Below, one piece after another: positions 37,662 through 45,426 of a stretch of DNA of 64,000 bases. Where the stretch lies: the NCBI GenBank assembly GCA_964399675.1, contig CAYNRK010000002.1, forward strand, positions 46,982 to 110,981, in the 5' to 3' direction. Position numbers and translations under genes: made by a program. Every line of letters starts with the position of its first letter. The first letter of the stretch is position 1. The notes below the pieces were generated by a model. The model saw only the letters and a list, made by a program, of their open reading frames with translations. It did not search any database and was not told the DNA's origin. This stretch comes from an uncultured Gammaproteobacteria bacterium. Its GTDB lineage: Bacteria > Patescibacteriota > Patescibacteriia > UBA9934 > GWF2-40-263.

Positions 37662-39305
37662 ATGGCAGAACCAACAAGAAGCAGAAGACGCATCCTTGGG
37701 ATTCGTCCCAGAGCACTGCGCACGACCAAGGGTGACAGTCACCCAACAGAGGTCGTGATCGTCAACGAAGGCGATCCAACCCAGACCGTCGAGCTCGCGG
37801 AACCGCAGGATGAGATCGACTTCATCTTGCGCGTCTTCCCCACCGGACCCATGCGCGACGTGGTGGAGGGCGAGGACATCTCGACCATCCCCCAACACCA
37901 CGTTGGGTGGGACAAGAAGCAGTACAAGTCCCGTCCTCGGGTTCACGCAAGCCAGCGGCGGTGGATCCAGACCAAGAAGAAGACCAGGAAGAAGCCGGCT
38001 GAGGGGTACTGGCAGAAGGCAGCCCAGGTCCGAACCGACTTCGTGGGTCTGGAGCCTGGCGATCTGGTCGTGATGTCGCTCGGTGGGTCCGGACAGGTGC
38101 TTGCGCGCGACATGGCCGAGCACGGCGCCCCCATGGGCATCGAGGTTCGACGCTGTGCCCCGTACCGCCTCAAGGAGGAACGGGAAGCGCGCGGACGCGG
38201 AGACGACAAGAGTGGCGATGCCGAGCTCCTCACCGAGCTCATCGTGGCGATCCCACACGACTTTCACCCGGTCCGTACGATCGAGGTGGAGATCGGTGAG
38301 CTCATGGAGCTCGAAACCAAGTGGGCACGCGCTCAGGCCGAACGCATTGCCATGGGCAATCGGGTTCACGCCCGCGCCCGTCGTGCACACCTACGGGCAC
38401 ACCGTGAAGGTACGTCCGTGCGAACCCTCGAAGAGGCAGTCGCACACGAACTCGAGAACGACACCGAGTTCCAGATGTGGGATGCAACCGAGAAGCGCAC
38501 GTTCAGGGAACTCGGTGAGGCACTCGATCGGATTCCGATCTGGCGCAAGGTGCTCGGACCGGTTCGAGGAATCGGAGCCTCTCTGGGTGCGCGAATCCTG
38601 GCTGGAGTCGGTGACGTTCAGTCGTTCTTCCTCAAGCTGAACGCGGATCAGCAACGTCAGATCGACGGGCTCAGCCGCGCGGTTGGTGAAGCTGACAGGA
38701 GTGGTCAGTACGCCAGGGGCAAGCAGGAACTCGGCGAACAGATCCAGACCGCTCGAAACGGATTCGAACGCCGTGTCATGGTGCGTCAGCACTGGTTGGA
38801 CTCGGGTGAGCCCGACCTGGCCGCGGCCATGCAGGAGTCGATCAATCTGCTCAAGCAGAAGGGCCAAATCCGACGCAAGGTGTTCAATGCTGGCCTCAAC
38901 AAGTTCGCGGCCATCTGCAACGCACATGTCATGCCGGACGGAACGTTCGCGCGCTTCCGTCGCGGTGGCTCGGACGGCCCCAAGGGTCGACCCATTCTCA
39001 AGCAGGCCGGCTACCTGTTCGGCGAGCAGATGAACAGAACGCCGGACAGCGTCTGGAACGCGCACCTGAACCAGAACAAGGTCAACCTGCGCAAACGCCA
39101 CCCAGTGGTGGAATGCAGCCACTGCGAACTCCCCTGGGATGACGGCTGTACCCGTGGCACCCCCGAAGGCAAGGGTGTCGAGCACAAGCGCCGCTACACC
39201 CCTGCGCACATCCTGCGCATGGCCAAGTGGCGCACGTGGACGCAGTTCGTCCGCTGGCTCTACAAGGAGTGGCGCCTGCTGGAAACTGGCAAGACCAGGG
39301 CATAA
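37662..39305 (+). CDS. Tas-like (IS110/Nop-domain) RNA-guided protein with a degenerate RuvC-like N-domain, 547 aa
   Basis: AGGAGA SD; ILGI/VVMS/EVRRCAP/GDAELL RuvC-like skeleton; coiled coil QAERIAMGNR; PIWRKVLGPVRGIGASLGARILAGVGD; H..RMA.W helix; flanked by guide arrays. Confidence 0.8.
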   Translation: MAEPTRSRRRILGIRPRALRTTKGDSHPTEVVIVNEGDPTQTVELAEPQDEIDFILRVFPTGPMRDVVEGEDISTIPQHHVGWDKKQYKSRPRVHASQRRWIQTKKKTRKKPAEGYWQKAAQVRTDFVGLEPGDLVVMSLGGSGQVLARDMAEHGAPMGIEVRRCAPYRLKEEREARGRGDDKSGDAELLTELIVAIPHDFHPVRTIEVEIGELMELETKWARAQAERIAMGNRVHARARRAHLRAHREGTSVRTLEEAVAHELENDTEFQMWDATEKRTFRELGEALDRIPIWRKVLGPVRGIGASLGARILAGVGDVQSFFLKLNADQQRQIDGLSRAVGEADRSGQYARGKQELGEQIQTARNGFERRVMVRQHWLDSGEPDLAAAMQESINLLKQKGQIRRKVFNAGLNKFAAICNAHVMPDGTFARFRRGGSDGPKGRPILKQAGYLFGEQMNRTPDSVWNAHLNQNKVNLRKRHPVVECSHCELPWDDGCTRGTPEGKGVEHKRRYTPAHILRMAKWRTWTQFVRWLYKEWRLLETGKTRA

Positions 39306-39325
39306 GCCTCACAACAGAACAACTT

Positions 39326-40383
39326 GGGCGAGCGAATGTCAGGCAGTCACCACTGACGACCCGACGTGAGCTCGCCCCTTTCTCAATGTGATTGTGCAAC
39401 GATCTTGTTGATAAGGGTTCGACAAGGTGACGGCAAACAAGCGAAGATAGTACAGAACCCTTTTTGTTGATCGGTCCATCCGTTGCTTGAAAAAGCGAAA
39501 CCACGGCAGATCAACAATCTGGGCGAGCGACAAGTCGTGAGTCTTAACCGACGACCAGACTGCTACTCGCCCCTTTCCACATTTGATTGTGTTACGATCA
39601 CATGTGCAAGGGTTTGACGAAGGACGGGCAAAAAAACGCGATCAAAGCGTTGAACCCTTCCCTTTTGGCAAGCGAACAGCGTCTGGATCAACCACGATCG
39701 CGGTGCACGACGCTTGCCACCCTTTTGCTGGTCGAGTAGTTATCCGCTTTGCAAAGCGAAGAAGTGAAAGACCAGCACCTTGGGCGAGTGATGCTCGGCT
39801 TGTCTTAACAGACGAGTGATCATGAACTCGCCCCTTTCCACATTTGATTCTGAATTAAGAAGTTCCCCCCTTTTCAAGCCGTTCGAGGCTCTGAGGAGCC
39901 CTCAGGCTCTCGAAGAGGGGGGATCCAGGGGGGTTAGAAGTTAGAATCACATGTGTAAGGGTTCGATGAAGAGCAGGCTAAAAGCGATTGCTGCGATGGA
40001 CCCTTCCTTTTGCTGGTCGATTCCGCTAGTGCACTAAGTGCGATGCTTAAACACTGACCAGCACCTCGGCACATGAAGACTTGCGCTCTACGTGCCCCTG
40101 GGCTAGCGAGGTACACAGAGTCCTCAAGACGAACTAGTCTATGCTAGCCCCTTTCTCAATGTGCTTGTGCTACGATCATATTGACAAGGGTTTGAGCTGC
40201 GCTCAGCAGTAATTGCGTTACTCGTAGAAAACCCTTCCCTTTTGCTGGTCGACGTCGAGCCAGTTTTAGTAAACGCTACTGGGACAGACCAGCACCCTGG
40301 CACGTGGACAATTGCAATCTACGTGCCCTTGGGCGAGCAATGCAGTCTTTTGTCTAAACAGACGACAACGGATGAGCTTGCCC
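39326..40383 (+). ncRNA. Stem-loop dual-guide array (TIGR-like), 14 units
   Basis: Same unit grammar with compensatory stem changes; last unit is followed by the T-tract cttttcttttt. Confidence 0.85.
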
Positions 40384-40503
40384 CTTTTCTTTTTAACTAA
40401 TTTTTCGAAGTTAACACCGCTTGCGCGGTTGTTTTCTTTTTCAAAGATGGAAAAAATTTATTTCTCTTCGTTACACTCTCAAACTTCCGATCTAAAAAAT
40501 ACT

Positions 40504-40536
40504 AGACTATTTTCCGACGATCGGCGTAAAATAGTC
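40504..40536. promoter_or_regulatory. Imperfect CGATCG-centred palindrome upstream of the PaaX-like gene
   Basis: agactattttccgacgatcggcgtaaaatagtc; contains a TAAAAT -10-like box. Confidence 0.7.
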
Positions 40537-40543
40537 CTATCAT

Positions 40544-41062
40544 ATGAACAAAAAAGATAATCGACGATCAAAAAATATTACTGACCTATTAAAGGCCATT
40601 GGAAACAGTTGGGTTTTCGATATTGAATTTCCTCAATATGTTGGAAGGGCGTCATTCCCCGGTGGTCCTCCAAGACTTTCTGAAGAGCAGCTTCAAAAAA
40701 TCTGGAACAAGCAGAGAATTGCGTATTTAAAAAAGAAAAAATGGATTAAAACGAAAAAAATAGAAAAGCGACTTATGCTTGCGCTTACAGACAAGGGAAA
40801 GATGGAGCTTAAACGTCGTTCAATGAAATCTCGTCCAAAATTACCAAAAGGTCAACTTTGTATAGTAATCTGGGATATTCCTGAAGCGTCAAGAAAAGCA
40901 AGAAATCGTTTTAGGTATTTTCTTAAACGGTCAGAATTTAGTCAGCTGCAATTAAGCGTCTGGATAAGTGACAGAGACGTTGTTAGCAATGTTGTCGAAT
41001 TTATAAAAGAAGCAAAAATAAAAAAGTGGGTAAACGTTTTTGTTGGAAAGAAAAAAATCTAG
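40544..41062 (+). CDS. PaaX-family protein (wHTH plus Cas2-like ferredoxin domain)
   Basis: YLKKKKWI...LTDKG and IVIWDIPE..RKARNRFR..L....F.QLQLSVWI. Confidence 0.85.
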   Translation: MNKKDNRRSKNITDLLKAIGNSWVFDIEFPQYVGRASFPGGPPRLSEEQLQKIWNKQRIAYLKKKKWIKTKKIEKRLMLALTDKGKMELKRRSMKSRPKLPKGQLCIVIWDIPEASRKARNRFRYFLKRSEFSQLQLSVWISDRDVVSNVVEFIKEAKIKKWVNVFVGKKKI

Positions 41063-41094
41063 ACTATTTTCCGACGATCGTCGGAAAATAGTCT
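41061..41094. repeat. Perfect 34-bp palindrome overlapping the stop codon
   Basis: agactattttccgacga|tcgtcggaaaatagtct. Confidence 0.9.
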
Positions 41095-41163
41095 GAACTT
41101 AGTTCAATTGATTTAATCATTTTCCTGAATGAAAAGCTGGATAAAAAAAGAGATAAACCTCAA

Positions 41164-42723
41164 TTAATTCTTTAAAGTCAACACAACTTGTGTCTGTGTT
41201 TTCTTTTTCAAAGACGGAAGAACTTCTTTAATTGAAACACCTTGGCCTTTTGGTGTTGCAAGAAAAGCTGTAACAAATAATAAAAACCCTAAACCAATTG
41301 GATGATTCAGGTATGGTGAAAACGTGTGAGTTGCATAAAGAAACGTGAGCGATGCAATCAAACTCAAACCAATCCAGGATCGTTCAGTCCAAAAATAATA
41401 ACTAAGTTGTTTGAACAAATGATAAAACAAATACAGAAATGCTAGCGGTCCAAGAATCCCCATCTTAAGCCACAGCTCAACCCAACCCCACTCCATTGCA
41501 AAAGTTGTCCAGGTTCCGTCCGGACTTATTGATCGTGCGCGCGGGTCATCATTTTCAAACGTAACTGTTTGGCCAAAACCATTTCCAAAAATCGGCCGCT
41601 CTTTAACCAGATCAAGCATTGGTGTTAAAAGTTTCCATCGACTTGAAATACCCGCATCATCCATTCCTTGCGCTCGGTCTTTAAACAAATCTGACAGTGC
41701 TCCTGAATCGATTTTTTGAGATGGAATTGGAACAAGAACAACAAAACAAATAATTACAACCGCTGTGATTGAAGCAAGAACGTGTTTTGAAAAATAAGAA
41801 AAGATTTCTTTTTTTGAAAGACGGTTTGTTTTAAAAGCAAAAAGCAAGAATGCCAGAACGGCAACAAAAGCACCGACCCAAAAACTTCGTGAAAGACTCA
41901 AAATAAAAATTGCGATCACTGATCCAAACAAAAGATAATCCATCCACCTTGAACAAAATTTTTGTCCAACCAAAAATTGACTGCTCAAAATGAATCCAAA
42001 AATGACAACAAAGAAGTGTGACTGCAAAAAGACTCGATGAAAATCTCCAATCATTCGCGTAACCTCGGCAACTCGACTGTCTCGCACAAATAAATACACA
42101 ACACTTAAAATCGAAGTTCCAAAATGAGAAAAAATGTAAAGAAGAATGTAAGTTACAAAGATTGTCCAAACAACACCGGCTGTAAGTATTTGTAAAAGGT
42201 TGTTTAATTTTTTGTTATCCCATTGAACAGAAAGGACCGGGAGCAAATATAAAATAAAAAGATAACCATTACCATCCTGGAAAACAGAAGTTAAATCATT
42301 TGAGATGATCCCGGAAATCGCACCAATCAGAATTGCTAAAAATAATGGCAAGTACCACTTAAGCCTTTGGTCGTGAATATTAAAGCGCGGGGATCCTTCG
42401 TCGCTCGCTCGCTCGCTCCTCAGGATGACAGTTAGCAGCCACGCTAACATCACACCAATAAAAATTGCCATTCTGAGTGACAAAGGAAAACTAAAGACTT
42501 CAACAGTGATCAAATGGCCATGTGAAGTTATAAACAGCTCCAGAAAGGCGAAATATAGCCCGTATTCAAGCTTTCTTAGCGAAATCAGTAAGGCAGCCAG
42601 GATTAGAATTAAAAGGACGTAAAGGGACAAATACGAATGAAACAAGAAAATCGAACTGATGTAGAGAATCAGACTGATTAATAATCCATATCTAAATGTT
42701 CTTCCAAAAAATTGTTTTTCCAT
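41164..42723 (-). CDS. O-antigen ligase/polymerase-family membrane protein
   Basis: Many TMs; SLSRSFW, RPIFGNGFG and LWLKMGILG. Confidence 0.8.
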   Translation of the reverse strand: MEKQFFGRTFRYGLLISLILYISSIFLFHSYLSLYVLLILILAALLISLRKLEYGLYFAFLELFITSHGHLITVEVFSFPLSLRMAIFIGVMLAWLLTVILRSERASDEGSPRFNIHDQRLKWYLPLFLAILIGAISGIISNDLTSVFQDGNGYLFILYLLPVLSVQWDNKKLNNLLQILTAGVVWTIFVTYILLYIFSHFGTSILSVVYLFVRDSRVAEVTRMIGDFHRVFLQSHFFVVIFGFILSSQFLVGQKFCSRWMDYLLFGSVIAIFILSLSRSFWVGAFVAVLAFLLFAFKTNRLSKKEIFSYFSKHVLASITAVVIICFVVLVPIPSQKIDSGALSDLFKDRAQGMDDAGISSRWKLLTPMLDLVKERPIFGNGFGQTVTFENDDPRARSISPDGTWTTFAMEWGWVELWLKMGILGPLAFLYLFYHLFKQLSYYFWTERSWIGLSLIASLTFLYATHTFSPYLNHPIGLGFLLFVTAFLATPKGQGVSIKEVLPSLKKKTQTQVVLTLKN

Positions 42724-42724
42724 G

Positions 42725-43567
42725 TCATTTTTTTATTACAGACGCTGCAAGACTAAATAAATAAAAGATCGGCTCCATAATTAAAAAACGCAACCATATA
42801 CCAGTACCGTAATGTTTCTTCATGTATCGACGTATGCTTTTCCTAAGTACGTTTTGTTTTTTCAAAGTTGTTACTCTTTCAAAACTACTTCCCAGCTTAT
42901 GTCTAGCAGAAATGTCTGCAAAGTAATGCACGCGCCAACCAGCATCTTTTGTACGTTTACAAAAATCAACTTCTTCGTACCAGAGAAAAAATCCATCATC
43001 AAGCATTCCGATTTGCTCGATCACTTCTTTTCTTATACAAAAGAACGCTCCCATAACCTGATCCACATCAGAACTTTTTGAATAATTAAAATCCTTTAAC
43101 AACCAATGTTTGATTGGTCCAATGTTTGGAAATAGGTGGTGGATTTTAAGAAGAACAAGAAATTGATCAACAGGAGTTGGAAAATGCCACACACATGCCT
43201 GCTGCGTTCCATCCAAATTTTTTAATGAGACTCCACCAACACCAATGTCTGGCTCATTTTTCATTTGTTTCTCAATCTGAAAAAGCGCGCTTGATGTAAA
43301 TATTATATCTGGATTTATCAGAGCAACAAAATCCCCTTTTGCTTTCTCGATTGCCAAATTACATCCGCCGGCAAATCCAAGATTCTTTTTGCTATAAATA
43401 AATTTCACAGATGGAAATCTTTTTTCCAAATGCGACAGATCTTGTCCGGAACCATTCTCTACTACAAACACTTCCACCTCATCTTTTGGATGAAACTTAA
43501 AAAGCGACTCAAGCATTTTCTCAATATAGTCTGCGGTTTTATAATTCACTGTCACTGTTGAGATCAT
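42725..43567 (-). CDS. GT2 glycosyltransferase (rhamnosyltransferase-like)
   Basis: NLGFAGGCN, INPD and FFLWYEEVDFC. Confidence 0.9.
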   Translation of the reverse strand: MISTVTVNYKTADYIEKMLESLFKFHPKDEVEVFVVENGSGQDLSHLEKRFPSVKFIYSKKNLGFAGGCNLAIEKAKGDFVALINPDIIFTSSALFQIEKQMKNEPDIGVGGVSLKNLDGTQQACVWHFPTPVDQFLVLLKIHHLFPNIGPIKHWLLKDFNYSKSSDVDQVMGAFFCIRKEVIEQIGMLDDGFFLWYEEVDFCKRTKDAGWRVHYFADISARHKLGSSFERVTTLKKQNVLRKSIRRYMKKHYGTGIWLRFLIMEPIFYLFSLAASVIKK

Positions 43568-44258
43568 ACGGGATGTTGTGTTTTTTGTAGATTATCTCTC
43601 TTGCTTTTTCATAAGCTTGAACCGCTGGAATTTTCCATGGAAGTTCATAAACAAATTTCGGAAGCCATTTTGAAATACCAACTCTTCCGCCGGCCAAAAC
43701 CGTTGTGAACAATTCCTCATCAACAAAAACTCCAACTCGATCCTGTTCGCTCATGGTTAACCAAAGATCCCAATCCTGAAAACGTTTTATCTCCGGATCA
43801 AATCCCGGAAAGTGCTCGCGGCGCAACAAAGCAGAGGTATGAATGTAATTTTTCTTTTTAAGTTCTTCAATTGAAAAAGGCATTGCGCGAAACGCCTTAA
43901 GTCCCCATCTAAAACTTCCATAAGCAAACGATACTTCAGGATGTTGCTCAAGTGCCTGTTCAAGACGTTCAAGCATGTTTGGTTTCATTCGCACATCAGC
44001 ATCACAAAAAATAACATAATCGCCAGTACTTGCGGCAAATCCATTATTCCTTGCTTTTGGCGCACCTTGATTCTTTTGAAGAATAGACTTTATGTGTTTC
44101 CGATATGTATCAAGAACTTTTTGAGTGCGATCAGTTGATCCATCATCAACAACAATAATCTCATCCGCTTGTCTTGTTTGATTAAGAACCGAATCCAAAC
44201 AAATACCAATGGTTTCTGCGTGATTATACAAAGGAATAATTACTGATAGCTTTTTCAT
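43539..44258 (-). CDS. GT2 glycosyltransferase
   Basis: SVIIPLYN, VVDDGSTD, DAD and QDWDLW; ATG 44258. Confidence 0.9.
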   Translation of the reverse strand: MKKLSVIIPLYNHAETIGICLDSVLNQTRQADEIIVVDDGSTDRTQKVLDTYRKHIKSILQKNQGAPKARNNGFAASTGDYVIFCDADVRMKPNMLERLEQALEQHPEVSFAYGSFRWGLKAFRAMPFSIEELKKKNYIHTSALLRREHFPGFDPEIKRFQDWDLWLTMSEQDRVGVFVDEELFTTVLAGGRVGISKWLPKFVYELPWKIPAVQAYEKAREIIYKKHNIPYDLNSDSEL

Positions 44259-44264
44259 AGAATT

Positions 44265-44330
44265 GGGGGCTGGGTACTGGGAGCTGGGACTACATAATCC
44301 CAGCACCTAGTCCCTAGTTCCCAGTACCCT
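44265..44330. repeat. Inverted heptamer tandem repeats
   Basis: ctgggta/ctgggag/ctgggac versus cccagca/cctagtc/cctagtt/cccagta. Confidence 0.6.
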
Positions 44331-44331
44331 T

Positions 44332-45426
44332 TCATAAATACTGATCGATTTTTGATAATTGTGCTTGACACGAAAATTCCGATTGAGCTCTTTGCTTTGC
44401 AGCTTGAGCTAACTGTTGTCGCAATCCAGCATCTTTTACAAGTTTTTCAATAGTTGAGGCAAGTTGATCAATGTCTCCGTCATCTACAAGAATACCGGTT
44501 GTACCATCCAAAACAGCTTCATCAACACCTGACATCTTTGTTGCAATCGATGGAGAGTTGTGAAGTGCTGCTTCAAGATAAACAATTCCAAACCCTTCTT
44601 TGTCAACTGAATCATCCACAACTGGCATTACAAAAATATCTGACTGATCAAGAAGCTGAGACTTGGTTTGTTCATCAACATCACCATAAAACATTACATG
44701 CGATTGAAGTCCGATTTCTTCAACAAGATTTCGAAGTGCTTTTTCCATTGGGCCAGTGCCCACAATGTGATAGAGAATATGACCAAGTCTTTGTGATCGT
44801 TTAAGCAGAGCAAGTGCATTGATTACCCGAATGTGTCCTTTGCGCTCAACAAGACGACTAACCGTGATCAGGTCAACAGAATCTTTTGCTGCAGGGTGAT
44901 CAACACTTTCTGAAACATTCACATCAACACATGGATAAATAACAAGCGATTCCAAAACCCCAAAAACTTTTGCAATCTCTTGGGATAATGCTTGCGAGTT
45001 TGTAATAACCAAATCTGCGTTTTGTAAAACCTTTTTTGCCAATGATTTTTTCCTGGCTGATTGTATTGCAAGTCGCACGTCCATTCCATGTAAAAAAACC
45101 ATGTAAGGTTTTTTAGTTATCTTTTTTGCAAACAATGCTGCTGAACCAAATGGCAACACATGACTTACTAAAACCTTTTCATATGTTAGTTGTTGATCAA
45201 CAAGGAGCTTAACAACCTTAAGCCATCTGGGCCAAATCCATTTTGACAAAAGAGTTTGTCTTTTAACTTCATATGGCAAAGTGGAATCAGTTTTGTCAAA
45301 ACCTTCAAAAGGCGGAGCAATAACAACAATTTTATCTTTGAGATGATTGCAAAGATTAGCCAAGTAACGAGCAACGCCTCCTCTTAGCGGCAAAAAGTCA
45401 GGAGTGATTAATAAAAGCGGCTTCAT
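44332..45426 (-). CDS. GT4 glycosyltransferase
   Basis: VSRLVERKG and EGFGIVYLEA. Confidence 0.92.
   Translation of the reverse strand: MKPLLLITPDFLPLRGGVARYLANLCNHLKDKIVVIAPPFEGFDKTDSTLPYEVKRQTLLSKWIWPRWLKVVKLLVDQQLTYEKVLVSHVLPFGSAALFAKKITKKPYMVFLHGMDVRLAIQSARKKSLAKKVLQNADLVITNSQALSQEIAKVFGVLESLVIYPCVDVNVSESVDHPAAKDSVDLITVSRLVERKGHIRVINALALLKRSQRLGHILYHIVGTGPMEKALRNLVEEIGLQSHVMFYGDVDEQTKSQLLDQSDIFVMPVVDDSVDKEGFGIVYLEAALHNSPSIATKMSGVDEAVLDGTTGILVDDGDIDQLASTIEKLVKDAGLRQQLAQAAKQRAQSEFSCQAQLSKIDQYL

Noticed and set aside
37056-37729. Short ORFs over the arrays (also 39082-40560) and the 37590 start for the Tas-like gene
   Set aside because: They overlap structured array units; the SD-led ATG is at 37662.
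37662-39305. Ordinary active IS110 transposase
   Set aside because: DEDD and catalytic Ser motifs are not intact, and the flanks hold 21 single-loop units rather than one bridge RNA.
37074-40383. CRISPR array
   Set aside because: No constant direct repeat with 30-40-nt spacers; units conserve structure with two ~10-nt variable segments; no cas1 or effector cas genes in the window.
40544-41062. Bona fide Cas2 of a CRISPR-Cas locus
   Set aside because: It has an N-terminal wHTH-like region and PaaX-type organisation, a paralog at 60337, and no cas1 neighbour.
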